From assembly GCA_046760155.1 (NCBI GenBank), contig JBHIDQ010000003.1:1-34100 (forward strand): a stretch of DNA of 34,100 bases, written 5' to 3'. How positions within the stretch are numbered: position 1 is the stretch's first letter; each line of letters starts with the position of its first letter. This DNA comes from Dehalococcoidales bacterium. Its GTDB lineage: Bacteria; Chloroflexota; Dehalococcoidia; Dehalococcoidales; RBG-16-60-22. The notes under the pieces were generated by a model. The model saw nothing but the letters and a program-made list of their open reading frames with translations, was not told the origin of the DNA and made no database searches. Position numbers and translations under genes: made by a program. Of the stretch, positions 9,376-18,901 are shown piece by piece.

Positions 9376-10160
9376 TCTCTAGACTCCTTGTCCAAACTAA
9401 GCTGAGATTCTTTCGGAGATAATTTTAAACGTTTTACCAATCGCTTTTCTTCCAAGCAGAGATCGGTTTTGTCTAACAGTTCCGGGCGGCGTTCTAGGGT
9501 GCGCCGGATAATCTGCTCACGGCGCCACTTGGCAACTTGAGCGTGGTTTCCAGAGAGTAAAACCTCAGGTACCGACCAACCCCGGAATACTGCCGGGCGG
9601 GTGTAATGGGGGTATTCCAATAGGCCATTGGCATGAGACTCATTTAGTGGCGATTCTTCTGCCCCAAGGACTCCAGGTAATAACCTGATTACGGCATCGA
9701 TGACCACCATGGCAGGAAGCTCACCGCCGGTAAGGACATAATCACCAATGCTAATCTCATCAGTAACCAGGTGCTCACAGACTCGCTCATCAACTCCTTC
9801 ATAGTGACCACAAATCAGGATTAGGTGACTATGGCTTGATAACTCTCGCGCAATTTGCTGGGAAAAGAGACGCCCCTGTGGCGTGAGTAGAACTACTGGT
9901 AATGTATCAATCTTTTCTTTGGCGCTAATGTCTGATTTAATTGCCTCCACAGCCTCAAAGATAGGCTCGGGCTTAAGTACCATGCCAGGACCACCACCAT
10001 AAGGGTAGTCATCAACGGTGTGATGTTTATCATGAGTGTGGTCCCGGATATTATACAGGTTAATACTGACCAGCTTATGGTCAATCGCCCGTTTGAAAAT
10101 GCCGAAGCTAAACGGGACTTCAAACATCTGGGGAAATAACGTCAAAACATCAATTCGCAT
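9372..10160 (-). CDS. trmD: tRNA (guanine37-N1)-methyltransferase
   Basis: [43 protein letters not shown] and VLLSGNH. Confidence 0.98.
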   Translation of the reverse strand: MRIDVLTLFPQMFEVPFSFGIFKRAIDHKLVSINLYNIRDHTHDKHHTVDDYPYGGGPGMVLKPEPIFEAVEAIKSDISAKEKIDTLPVVLLTPQGRLFSQQIARELSSHSHLILICGHYEGVDERVCEHLVTDEISIGDYVLTGGELPAMVVIDAVIRLLPGVLGAEESPLNESHANGLLEYPHYTRPAVFRGWSVPEVLLSGNHAQVAKWRREQIIRRTLERRPELLDKTDLCLEEKRLVKRLKLSPKESQLSLDKESRE

Positions 10161-10665
10161 TGCTTAATCCCCGCCTCTGGCAAGAATGCTCGGTTACCAC
10201 TCCTTTAATAATTTCAACGGCATGGGGAATGGCCGGTAGTATAACCTCAAGGCACTCACTAACTGCCTTAGGGCTACCGGGCAGGTTGATGATTAAGCAC
10301 TTTCCCCTGACCCCGGCCGTAGCTCGGCTCAGCATAGCCATTGGTGTTTGGTTCAGAGATTTGGCCCTCATTGCTTCGGCAAAGCCGGGGACCACCTTAT
10401 CCACGATGGCGATAGTTGCTTCCGGGGTAACATCACGCTGACTCAATCCGGTGCCGCCGTTGGTGATAATAACGTCCGTAGTACTTTCGTCAGCCCACTC
10501 AGCAAGTTTCTGGCTAATAATATCCATTTCATCAGGAACAATCTCGTACTTAATGACCTGACTCTCCAAAAGCGAAAGTTTACCTCTGATTATCTTACCG
10601 CTCTCATCAAAGCGCTGACCTTGCGCTCCCTTATCACTGATGGTGAGTATGCCGATATTGAGCAT
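10150..10665 (-). CDS. mog: MogA/MoaB molybdopterin adenylyltransferase
   Basis: [26 protein letters not shown] and INLPGSPKA. Confidence 0.92.
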   Translation of the reverse strand: MLNIGILTISDKGAQGQRFDESGKIIRGKLSLLESQVIKYEIVPDEMDIISQKLAEWADESTTDVIITNGGTGLSQRDVTPEATIAIVDKVVPGFAEAMRAKSLNQTPMAMLSRATAGVRGKCLIINLPGSPKAVSECLEVILPAIPHAVEIIKGVVTEHSCQRRGLSNAN

Positions 10666-10692
10666 TCTGTTGCCTTTCTTGAAACAAATTTT

Positions 10693-10721
10693 ATTTTACC
10701 ACATCTGAGCTGTATCGCCAA
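10693..10721 (-). promoter_or_regulatory. Probable promoter of mog-trmD-rplS
   Basis: Minus strand TTGGCG-17 nt-TAAAAT with an extended -10 TG. Confidence 0.55.
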
Positions 10722-10766
10722 ATCGGGTGATTTTTGAAAAAATTTAGCAAAATTTCGATAAAAGAC

Positions 10767-10795
10767 TTGACAAATGGGGATAATCGTGTTATAAA
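10767..10795 (+). promoter_or_regulatory. sigma70 promoter of the mraZ (dcw) operon
   Basis: TTGACA (10767-10772), 17 nt, TATAAA (10790-10795). Confidence 0.75.
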
Positions 10796-10832
10796 ATGGC
10801 GAAAAGTGGTAAATTGTGGGGAAAAAGGGGGA
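10794..10832 (+). promoter_or_regulatory. MraZ binding repeats (autoregulatory boxes)
   Basis: TGG at 10797, 10807 and 10817 and GGG at 10827, an exact 10-nt period between the promoter and the mraZ start. This matches the known TGGGN/GTGG MraZ box architecture. Confidence 0.8.
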
Positions 10833-10850
10833 ATTAACTGAGGTAGGAAA

Positions 10851-11279
10851 ATGTTTTTCGGCGAATTTAACTATAAGATTGACGAAAAAGGTAGACTACC
10901 GCTGCCACCCCGGTTCCGAAAGGAACTGAAAGATGGCGTGGTATTATCGCCGGGGGTGGAGAGGTGCATTAACGTCTACCCATTAGCTGAGTGGAAGAAG
11001 CTGGCGGGCACCCTTACTGGCGGTCCACTGACGCCCAAGGAGAAACTGAGAAGGCTAAATCGGGCGATTTTTGCTACTGCCTTTAGTGTCAATATGGATG
11101 GTCAGGGTAGGGTGGCACTACCGGTACCATTGCGAGAGTATGCTGAGATTGTTGAGGACGCAGTTATCGCTGGAGCTAATACCTATCTTGAAATCTGGAA
11201 CCAGGTTCTCTGGGAAGAGGAGAAGGCGATTAGTCAGGAACAGGCCTGGCAAATTATCGAAAGCTTAGAGAGGCACTGA
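10851..11279 (+). CDS. mraZ: Division/cell wall cluster transcriptional regulator MraZ
   Basis: MFFGEF, IDEKGRL and MDGQGRV (two DxxGR repeats), LEIW. Confidence 0.97.
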   Translation: MFFGEFNYKIDEKGRLPLPPRFRKELKDGVVLSPGVERCINVYPLAEWKKLAGTLTGGPLTPKEKLRRLNRAIFATAFSVNMDGQGRVALPVPLREYAEIVEDAVIAGANTYLEIWNQVLWEEEKAISQEQAWQIIESLERH

Positions 11280-12334
11280 TGAGTCGAAGCATGCCAACCT
11301 CGAACCATATCCCGGTTCTGCTCGAAGAGACGATGCAGGCACTGGCGGTTCAACCTGGGGGGCGCTATATTGATTGCACCCTAGGGGGAGGTGGACATGC
11401 CCTCGCCATTTTAGAGCGTAGTTCTCCTGGCGGTCAATTATTAGGTATTGATGCCGACCCAGAAGCAATAAAAGCCGCTAGGACAAGACTCGAAGCCTAC
11501 CAAAATTCAACCCTTTTCGTGAATGAAAACTTTGTTAATTTACAGGCGATCTGTATTAAGTATGATTTCTTTCCAGTACACGGCATCTTGTTTGACCTGG
11601 GTCTCTCCTCTCTGCAGCTCAATGGGAATGGACGTGGTTTTAGTTTTCAGCATGAGGCCCCTTTAGATATGCGACTTAATCCCAGCCAGGATATTGCCGC
11701 CGCCGATATCGTGAATAACTCATCTGAGGCTGAACTAGCTTACCTGATCAGAACCTATGGTGAAGAAAGTTATAGCCGCCGCATCGCGCGGCACATTGTG
11801 CGTGAACGTCCCATAAAATCCACGCTTCATTTGGCTCGGACAATAGAACAGGCGGTCAGCCGGAGAAGGGGTAAAATCCATCCCGCGACCAAAACCTTTC
11901 AGGCATTAAGGATTGCGGTGAATCGGGAACTGGAGAATCTTGAAGCGGCGCTGAAACAGGCGATTGATCTCCTTGGTTTTGAAGGTAGGCTGGTAGTGAT
12001 TAGTTACCATTCTCTTGAAGACCGCATCGTGAAACGGTTCCTGCAGCAAGAAGCTAAGGACTGCATTTGTCCCCCAGGTACCCCGGTTTGTATTTGTGGA
12101 CATAAGGCTCGCTTAAGGTTAATCAATAAGCGGGTGATTACTCCTTCCGAGTGGGAGATTGAACTTAATCCACGTAGCCGTAGTGCTCGATTGAGGGCAG
12201 CAGAGCGCGTTATGACTGAGGATGATTGTGATGCTACTGCTGAGGTGTCCGGTTTTTTCGCTGAGATTGAGGCCAGGGCTTGGAGAAGGCCGGCTTTGTT
12301 GAAAAAGCTCGAGATGGTGTTTCTAGCCTCCTAG
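11279..12334 (+). CDS. rsmH: 16S rRNA m4C1402 methyltransferase RsmH with a ~40-aa C-terminal extension
   Basis: [49 protein letters not shown] and [10 protein letters not shown]. Confidence 0.97.
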   Translation: MSRSMPTSNHIPVLLEETMQALAVQPGGRYIDCTLGGGGHALAILERSSPGGQLLGIDADPEAIKAARTRLEAYQNSTLFVNENFVNLQAICIKYDFFPVHGILFDLGLSSLQLNGNGRGFSFQHEAPLDMRLNPSQDIAAADIVNNSSEAELAYLIRTYGEESYSRRIARHIVRERPIKSTLHLARTIEQAVSRRRGKIHPATKTFQALRIAVNRELENLEAALKQAIDLLGFEGRLVVISYHSLEDRIVKRFLQQEAKDCICPPGTPVCICGHKARLRLINKRVITPSEWEIELNPRSRSARLRAAERVMTEDDCDATAEVSGFFAEIEARAWRRPALLKKLEMVFLAS

Positions 12335-12775
12335 ATTGGATGGGAATTAAACCAAGAACTTAAAAAGGCAGAATTTTAGGAAGGGGACTGAATGAAAGAA
12401 AGAGATATGATGGCGGGTGAGATTAGAACTACCAAGCCGTACATGACTCTTGCTGACTTAAAATTGAAAGTGGCGGAGCATATTATTGCTCAAGCCGATT
12501 GTTATCAGCCTGATGAGGTGCAGAGTATTTTAGCCGAAACTAAGATTGGTGTCTGGAGAAGGGCAGATTTGTGGGAGAAACTCAGAATCGTCTTTTCCAT
12601 GTCCTAGACTAGTTCGGTAATTTTAGGATTTAAAAGAGGAGGTTCTGAAAATGTAAAAAGTAAACCGAACTTAAGAGGGTAGGATTTTCTTGAAGAGGAG
12701 GATTAAATGAAAAATCGGACAATAGCTTCGATTGATGTTGGTACCACCAAGGTTTGTACCACTATCGCTGATATG
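12185..12775 (+). repeat. Diverged tandem duplication of the rsmH 3' end, spacer and ftsA 5' end (copy 1 ~12185-12460, copy 2 ~12461-12775)
   Basis: Gapless protein alignments on both sides. The spacers share TAAACC(AA)GAACTTAA..GG.AG.ATTTT, both upstream ORFs contain TGGAGAAGG and end TCCTAGA, and both downstream ORFs begin AATGAAA. Confidence 0.8.
12392..12607 (+). CDS. 71-aa chimeric microprotein (FtsA N-terminal peptide + RsmH tail) at the ftsL position
   Basis: Purine-rich SD (GGAAGGGG) before the ATG; intact frame; homologous to both neighbouring genes; no TM helix. Confidence 0.65.
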   Translation: MKERDMMAGEIRTTKPYMTLADLKLKVAEHIIAQADCYQPDEVQSILAETKIGVWRRADLWEKLRIVFSMS

Positions 12776-13921
12776 AATGATGGGGGTGCTTTGCGAGTTG
12801 TTGGTGTTGGCATTGCCCCGTCGGTTGGGTTACACAAAGGCTTGGTGGTCAATATTAATGAAGCCAGAGAGTCAATTCGTGAGTCAGTAAGAAAGGCGGA
12901 ACAGTCGAGCAACTACCGGATAGAGTCAGCTTATGTCGGTGTTACCGGGAGGCATGTCGCTTCGTTAAATAACCGAGGAGTAGTAGCGATTACGCGGAAT
13001 GACCGTGTGGTGCGCTCTGATGATTTAAAGCGTGTCCTTACTGCTGCCCAGAGTGTCAAAATTCCCAGCGACCGAAAGCTACTCCATGTTATTCCTCGGG
13101 CTTATGCTGTTGATGGTCAAGCCAAAGTCAAAAACCCGGTGGGAATGCACGGCTTCCGGCTTGATGTAGAGACACATGTCATCACCGCGGCGGTAACTTC
13201 AATCCAGAATCTGGTCAAGTGTATTCGTAGCATTGGCATTGATATTGAAGACCTCGTCCTCGAACCTTTAGCCAGCAGTGAAGCAATATTAACCACAGAT
13301 GAGAAGGAAGTTGGTGTTATCTTGGCTGATATCGGTGGTGGGACGACCGATATTGCTGTTTTCAAAGACGGCAGTATCTGGCATACCTCCATTCTACCGG
13401 TAGCTGGTTATCAACTTACCAGAGATGTTTCCATTGGACTGGGATTGCCATTTGATGTCGCTGAGGAAATGAAGAAGCGATATGGTAGCGTAATGCCAGT
13501 TTATGAGACCAGGACAGAAAACAATACCGCGATATCTCAAGATGGACACGGTGTCTCCTATCAGGACCTGTGTGACATTATCCGGGCTCGAATCGAAGAA
13601 ATCATGAAACTTATCCTGCTCGAACTGCCCAGCTCAGAATATGAAACACTGGTTCCGGCTGGTTTAGTGCTTACCGGCGGCAGCTCTAATCTAGCGGGCA
13701 TCGCGACGCTGGGGCGTGAGATACTGCAACTCCCGGTTAGGGTAGGTACCCCCACCAATATGGAAGGTATTGCTGATACCCTTTGCGACCCGGCCTATGC
13801 GACCAGTGTCGGCTTGCTGCTATGGGGAGCCAAACATGAAGGTAGCCAGAACTGGCAACCCTGGAAACTTGGCACCGCAGTAAGGCGTTTAGCTTTCCGG
13901 ATTAGGAATCTGTTCCGCTAA
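12707..13921 (+). CDS. ftsA: Cell division protein FtsA
   Basis: IDVGTTK, DIGGGTTD and VLTGGSS actin-like motifs; amphipathic C-terminal helix (VRRLAFRIRNLFR); SD GAGGAGG. Confidence 0.97.
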   Translation: MKNRTIASIDVGTTKVCTTIADMNDGGALRVVGVGIAPSVGLHKGLVVNINEARESIRESVRKAEQSSNYRIESAYVGVTGRHVASLNNRGVVAITRNDRVVRSDDLKRVLTAAQSVKIPSDRKLLHVIPRAYAVDGQAKVKNPVGMHGFRLDVETHVITAAVTSIQNLVKCIRSIGIDIEDLVLEPLASSEAILTTDEKEVGVILADIGGGTTDIAVFKDGSIWHTSILPVAGYQLTRDVSIGLGLPFDVAEEMKKRYGSVMPVYETRTENNTAISQDGHGVSYQDLCDIIRARIEEIMKLILLELPSSEYETLVPAGLVLTGGSSNLAGIATLGREILQLPVRVGTPTNMEGIADTLCDPAYATSVGLLLWGAKHEGSQNWQPWKLGTAVRRLAFRIRNLFR

Positions 13922-13963
13922 GAGTGCAAGAACATTCCCTAGTAGTATATAAAGGAGGAGGAG

Positions 13964-15106
13964 ATGGCAAAAACAAGTTTTGTGGCTAATCCAGCCAAAA
14001 TTAAGGTCATTGGCCTTGGTGGTGGTGGCAGCAACGCGATAACCCGCATGGTCAGGGAGGAAATTCAGGGTGTGGAATTCATCGCCATGAATACTGATGC
14101 CCAAGCTCTGGCCATTACCGAAGCCCCGACCCGTATCCAACTCGGTGAGAAACTAACTAAAGGATTGGGTGTTGGTGGTGACCATACTCTAGGTCAGCGG
14201 GCCGCTGAGGAAAGCAGTGATGAGCTTAGGGAACTCGTTTCCGGGGCTGATATGGTGTTTATCACCAGTGGTATGGGTGGTGGTACCGGCACTGGAGCGG
14301 CGCCAGTAATTGCCGAAATAGCCAAGCAGAGCGGTGCCCTCACCATTGCCGTGGTCACCAAACCATTCAGCTTTGAGGGAGTCCACCGCACTCAGGTAGC
14401 CAATGAGGGTGTTACCCGCCTGTTGGGTAAAGTTGATACCCTTATCATCATTCCCAACGATCGATTACTAGGTCTCTGTGACCAGAAGACAGGCGTGGAT
14501 AGTGCCTTTAAGCTGGCCGATGATGTGCTGCGACACGGCGTTCAGGCAATTGCGGAAGTTATCACCACCCCTGGGATGATTAACCTTGACTTTGCCGATG
14601 TGAAAGCAATTATGAAGGATGCCGGTCCGGCTTGGATGTCTATTGGTACCGGGACAGGCCAGAATCGAGCCGTAGAGGCTGCCAAGCAAGCTCTGGCGAG
14701 CCCACTCTTGGATGTTTCCATTAATGGGTCAAAGGCAGTGCTCTTCAATGTGGTTGGCGGTAGTAGCCTCACCCTGTTTGAGGTTAATGAAGCCGCCGAT
14801 GTCATCAGACAAGCGGTAGACCCTGAGGCAAACATCATTTTTGGAGTGGCTCATGACCCTAGTATGGATAATGATGTCAGGATCACACTAATTGCCACTG
14901 GCTTCATTGCCAAGCTAGGACTGACCGGAGCGAGCCAGGAAGATGAACTGACGCAACTCCTCCGGGGCATCAAGAGTGAGGATGAGCTAGATGTTCCTTC
15001 ATTCCTACGTCGACCGCTCTTCAGTCATCGGCGCCAGGCGATAACTCCGGCGAGGAAACCGGTTCAACCGCCCTTGATGACTCCAGCTGCGGACTCCAGC
15101 AGTTAA
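13964..15106 (+). CDS. ftsZ: Cell division protein FtsZ
   Basis: [16 protein letters not shown] tubulin signature, INLDFADV and the conserved C-terminal peptide LDVPSFLR. Confidence 0.99.
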   Translation: MAKTSFVANPAKIKVIGLGGGGSNAITRMVREEIQGVEFIAMNTDAQALAITEAPTRIQLGEKLTKGLGVGGDHTLGQRAAEESSDELRELVSGADMVFITSGMGGGTGTGAAPVIAEIAKQSGALTIAVVTKPFSFEGVHRTQVANEGVTRLLGKVDTLIIIPNDRLLGLCDQKTGVDSAFKLADDVLRHGVQAIAEVITTPGMINLDFADVKAIMKDAGPAWMSIGTGTGQNRAVEAAKQALASPLLDVSINGSKAVLFNVVGGSSLTLFEVNEAADVIRQAVDPEANIIFGVAHDPSMDNDVRITLIATGFIAKLGLTGASQEDELTQLLRGIKSEDELDVPSFLRRPLFSHRRQAITPARKPVQPPLMTPAADSSS

Positions 15107-15111
15107 GATGG

Positions 15112-15158
15112 CCACCGGAAGGTATTGGTCCCTTCCGGCAAGTGGTTTACTAGCTAGA
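15112..15158 (+). terminator. Hairpin after ftsZ (terminator or processing stem)
   Basis: CCGGAAGG-8 nt-CCTTCCGG, extendable by CCAC/GTGG; only a short T run follows. Confidence 0.45.
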
Positions 15159-15192
15159 GCATCCAGAAGCGGAGAAGGAAACTGGTGAGGCT

Positions 15193-15420
15193 TTGGATGG
15201 TGGGATAATTGGCAAGGCTGCTTGGGGGCATACTAGTTTGGCATCTAATGTAGCGATAAACGGGCAAAACGGAAAGAACAGGTACAGAAACGGCAACGGG
15301 ATAAAGTTTGCCTATTGTCCACACTGTAGCAAGAAGGGACTTTACAAGGTCCCCCGTAGGTATGAGCATTGCCGGTGCTGTGGTTTGCATCGGATACTTT
15401 TACCCGGGCAGGACTTTTAG
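15193..15420 (+). CDS. Small putative zinc-ribbon protein
   Basis: TTG start after GGTGAGG; CPHC...CRCC(G) pairs; basic C-terminal half; fills the ftsZ-rsmD gap. Confidence 0.6.
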   Translation: MDGGIIGKAAWGHTSLASNVAINGQNGKNRYRNGNGIKFAYCPHCSKKGLYKVPRRYEHCRCCGLHRILLPGQDF

Positions 15421-15486
15421 CTCCTTAGGCTTCCGGAGATAAGCTCTTTGGTCACCACGATTGCGGAGAGCCGCCTCAGCTTTTCA

Positions 15487-15515
15487 TTGACAATTCTATT
15501 TCCAGTAGTTATCCT
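15487..15515 (+). promoter_or_regulatory. Promoter of rsmD-coaD-fdx
   Basis: TTGACA-17 nt-TATCCT. Confidence 0.55.
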
Positions 15516-15579
15516 AATATTGTTAGGTTTATTTTGCCTGGTAGTAGATTTTTAACTGGTAATTGTTTTTTATTTAAGA

Positions 15580-16134
15580 ATGCGAGTTATTGCAGGTAGT
15601 GCGAAAGGGCACCGACTTAAAGTAGCAAAGGGTACCATTACTCGACCGGCAACGGATTTAGTCCGAGGCGCGATTTTTTCTATTTTAGAAAACATTACTG
15701 AAGATTGGAGGCAGGTGCTCGATTTATTTTCCGGTAGTGGCGCTTTAGGTATTGAGGCTTTAAGTCGGGGTGCCGGTTGGGTTGACTTTGTTGAACGTGA
15801 ACCAAGATGTTGTGCTATAATTAAACAGAATCTGGAAAAGACGGGGTTTGTCGCCCAAGCTCATGTTTATGGCTGTAGCGTCACAAAAGCCCTTTCCTTT
15901 CTGGATAAGGAGTATAATATTATATTGATGGACCCGCCCTATTCTAATTCGTCTATCGGAAATCTGGTAGCGCAACTAGCCACCTCGAAACTGGTCGGGG
16001 CAAACTCGATATTGGTGGTGACGCATTCCCCTCATCTGCCTCTAGATGCGACTTACTCTCCTTTGAAGCTCATTAAAGAACATCGTCACGGTGATAGTTG
16101 CATTGCCGTCTACAGGAGGGGGGAGCAACTTTGA
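15580..16134 (+). CDS. rsmD: 16S rRNA m2G966 methyltransferase
   Basis: MRVIAG, TRPAT, LDLFSGSGALGIEALSRGA and DPPY. Confidence 0.96.
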   Translation: MRVIAGSAKGHRLKVAKGTITRPATDLVRGAIFSILENITEDWRQVLDLFSGSGALGIEALSRGAGWVDFVEREPRCCAIIKQNLEKTGFVAQAHVYGCSVTKALSFLDKEYNIILMDPPYSNSSIGNLVAQLATSKLVGANSILVVTHSPHLPLDATYSPLKLIKEHRHGDSCIAVYRRGEQL

Positions 16135-16616
16135 CTATTGCCGTCTACCCGGGCACCTTCGATCCGATAACCAATGGTCATCTTGATATTGTTAACAGAG
16201 CCGCTAGGCTTTTTGACAAGATAATCATCGGGGTCTATGAGAAATCGGATAAGCATCTCGTCTTTACTACTGAGGAAAGAGTGGATTTGGTCAGGCGAAC
16301 GGTAGCCAATTTAGCTAATGTTGAGGTAAAAGCTTTCGGTGGGCTGACCGTTGATTTTGCCAAGCAAGAGAAGGCACAAGTTATGATCCGCGGGCTGAGA
16401 ATGAATGCCGATTTCGAAAAGGAATTTGAAATGGCAATGATGAATCGGAAGTTAGCTCCGGATCTAGACTTGCTTTGCCTGATGGCAAAGCAAGAGTATC
16501 AGTTTCTTAGCTCCAGCTTACTTAAGGAAGTTGCCCGTCTAAATGGTAATATTAGTGACCTTGTTCCAGAGCATGTGGCTGAAGCTTTAAGAAAGAAGGT
16601 TCATGACAAAATGTAG
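16131..16616 (+). CDS. coaD: Phosphopantetheine adenylyltransferase
   Basis: YPGTFDPITNGHLD, IRGLR, DFEKE and LSSS. The TTG start at 16131 overlaps the rsmD stop. Confidence 0.96.
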   Translation: MTIAVYPGTFDPITNGHLDIVNRAARLFDKIIIGVYEKSDKHLVFTTEERVDLVRRTVANLANVEVKAFGGLTVDFAKQEKAQVMIRGLRMNADFEKEFEMAMMNRKLAPDLDLLCLMAKQEYQFLSSSLLKEVARLNGNISDLVPEHVAEALRKKVHDKM

Positions 16617-16682
16617 TCTTTTTAGAGCACGCGGTGCTTTTATTAAAAGCTAATTCTTTATGGAAAAGTAGGAGGTAAATTT

Positions 16683-16949
16683 ATGGCGTACAAGATTACA
16701 GAGGAGTGCATTAGCTGTGGAGCTTGTGAACCGGAGTGTCCCAACCAAGCCATCAGCGAAGGGGAAACAATCTATGTAATTGACCCCAAGAAATGCACCG
16801 AATGCGTTGGTTCTTATGAATCTTCCCGCTGTGCTGAAGTTTGTCCGGTTGATTGCTGTGTACCTGACCCAGAGCATAAAGAAAGCCGGGAGCAGTTGCT
16901 AGAGAAGTGGAAGGGACTACATCCAGGGGAAACCCCGACGGTTACCTAA
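16683..16949 (+). CDS. 2[4Fe-4S] ferredoxin, YfhL type
   Basis: [12 protein letters not shown] and CTECVG-x6-CAEVCP; SD GGAGGT. Confidence 0.93.
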   Translation: MAYKITEECISCGACEPECPNQAISEGETIYVIDPKKCTECVGSYESSRCAEVCPVDCCVPDPEHKESREQLLEKWKGLHPGETPTVT

Positions 16950-17057
16950 AGGTAGCTTAATATAAAAGTTAATCGTAACTTAATAATTCTGTTGAATATG
17001 TGGGGGCGATAATGGGATTTGGGCAAAATATGACCGCCCCCATACCCCCTTTTCTCA

Positions 17058-17543
17058 TTACTGGAAGAAAGAGCGTAAAGCGTCGAATTCTTCCGGCAAC
17101 AGTGCCAAAACCATAGGGAAGCGGTCTAATAATAGCATCGCTAGGCCTGATTCCGTGATCACTCGTGTGCCTAGGAACTTAGCCCAGATGGCGAGCAGGA
17201 CCCCACAGAATATGGCTCCCAACACCAAGCCAAAGACGGCACCACCAAGGCGATTAATCCAACCCAGCATAACTATTGAAGCCAGCCACTTCAGCACTGA
17301 GGCCAGTATTCCGGCAACTAACATTACCCCGATTAGAATAAAGGCAAAGGCAGCAATTTTGGCCAGATTTTCCTGTGGAATGAAGGTAAGCTGCTCAGAT
17401 AGGGCAGCATAAAAGCGACCAGCCAGGATGACGCCAATGATTACCCCGGCGAGAGACAGAACTGCCTTGATAATCCCAATCCTCAGGCCAATCAGGGTGG
17501 CAATAGCCATAGGCACGATAATAATGATATCAAGCCAGTTCAT
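17058..17543 (-). CDS. cvpA: CvpA (colicin V production) family membrane protein
   Basis: MNWLDIII start; LGWINRLGGAVFG motif; 4 TM helices. Confidence 0.88.
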   Translation of the reverse strand: MNWLDIIIIVPMAIATLIGLRIGIIKAVLSLAGVIIGVILAGRFYAALSEQLTFIPQENLAKIAAFAFILIGVMLVAGILASVLKWLASIVMLGWINRLGGAVFGLVLGAIFCGVLLAIWAKFLGTRVITESGLAMLLLDRFPMVLALLPEEFDALRSFFQ

Positions 17544-17615
17544 GTTCGGTTAGCTCAACTCCTCAGATTTTTATTTTGGGGGTATTTTCATATTGCTGAT
17601 TTTACCATATTTCCC

Positions 17616-18869
17616 TTATTCATAGTGTAAAGCGTCAATCGGGTTTAGTCTGGCAGCGCGCAGTGCTGGATATATTCCAGAGACAACACCAATAAAGGCC
17701 GAAACCATGAAAGCTAAAATTATAATGTCTGGAGACACTGTTGCCGCCAGTTTAAAACCACCGAGGTCGAGTTGAGATATCCCCCAGGATACAAGCCAGC
17801 CACCGGTTATGCCGATGCCACCCCCGACAAAGCTCAATGCCGCTGCCTCGAGTAAAAATTGCAGCAGGATATCCCGCCGTTTGGCACCGACTGCTTTGCG
17901 AATACCAATTTCCCGGGTGCGCTCGGTTACTGAGACCAGCATGATGTTCATAATGCCAATGCTGCCCACCAGCAGTGAGATGCCGGCAATGGCTCCCAGA
18001 AAGAACGATAATACTATAGTTATCTGTCCGACGATTTCCAGTACCTGCTCCGGGCTGATGACAGCGAAGTCATTCTTATCATCATCTTCCAGCTTGTGAC
18101 GTCTCCTCAAGATATCTTCAACTTCCTCGGTGACTTCGTCCATTAGTTCAGTACTGGTTACCGCGAGACTGATTGAAGCCACCGCGTCTTGGCCAGTTGC
18201 GGTTTGCTGAGGGAACAGCCTGGTCTGGTATGTGGTTACCGGTACGGTAATAATCTCATCAAAACTGAACCCAAAAAAGGCGGTGCCTTTAGCTTCAAAC
18301 ACGCCGATGACGGTAAAGCGCTGTTTTTTCATCTTGACTTGTTTACCAACCGGGTCTTCAGAGCCGAATAGTTCGGTAGCTATTTTGCTGCCCAAGACCA
18401 CCACATTAGCTCGCTGGGCTACATGCTGGTCGGTAAAAAAATGACCAGCCGCCATGGAAAATTTCATCACTTCTAAGTATTCAGGGGTAGTGCCATGGAG
18501 TACTCCTCCCTTGCTTTCACCGTCAGCGGTTACGGTGATAAAGTTTTCATTCACAGGCACAATTAAGTCTACAAAGCGGACTTTCTCTAAGGCCCGGACA
18601 TCATCCATGGTGAGAGTAGGCAGGGCATAACCTGGAGTGATGGCGAAGAATTCCTGCTCTGCTTCAGGGTTTTGCGGCACTACCTGGAGCACATTGGTGC
18701 CCAGTTCCTCATAGGCGGAGGTAATGGTGGCTTCGGCACCTCTCCCCACAGATACAAGGGTAATTACGGAGCCCACCCCGATGATGATACCAAGCATGGT
18801 GAGCGAGGAGCGTAGTTTATTGGCGAATAGTGACCTTATGGCAATGATGAAAGAATCAATAAATTTCAC
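17616..18869 (-). CDS. MacB/FtsX-type ABC transporter permease
   Basis: [44 protein letters not shown] and [14 protein letters not shown]. Confidence 0.95.
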   Translation of the reverse strand: MKFIDSFIIAIRSLFANKLRSSLTMLGIIIGVGSVITLVSVGRGAEATITSAYEELGTNVLQVVPQNPEAEQEFFAITPGYALPTLTMDDVRALEKVRFVDLIVPVNENFITVTADGESKGGVLHGTTPEYLEVMKFSMAAGHFFTDQHVAQRANVVVLGSKIATELFGSEDPVGKQVKMKKQRFTVIGVFEAKGTAFFGFSFDEIITVPVTTYQTRLFPQQTATGQDAVASISLAVTSTELMDEVTEEVEDILRRRHKLEDDDKNDFAVISPEQVLEIVGQITIVLSFFLGAIAGISLLVGSIGIMNIMLVSVTERTREIGIRKAVGAKRRDILLQFLLEAAALSFVGGGIGITGGWLVSWGISQLDLGGFKLAATVSPDIIILAFMVSAFIGVVSGIYPALRAARLNPIDALHYE

Positions 18870-18901
18870 GCCTCATCTCCAACAAGCAAAATCCTCGTAT
18901 A

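Noticed and set aside
12392-12607. ORF71 as ftsL
   Set aside because: Right position, but no TM helix or leucine-zipper coiled coil. Its sequence is explained by the FtsA and RsmH pieces.
12185-12775. Duplication as an assembly artefact
   Set aside because: The copies are only about 37-39% identical at protein level; misassembly would give near-identical copies.
16098-16130. N-terminal extension of CoaD in the track
   Set aside because: It lies inside rsmD. The TTG at 16131, after GGGGGAG, gives a normal CoaD N-terminus.
16998-17056. TGGGGGCG/CGCCCCCA inverted repeat between the convergent ferredoxin and cvpA genes as a terminator
   Set aside because: The loop is about 26 nt and the T run is offset, so it is too weak to call.
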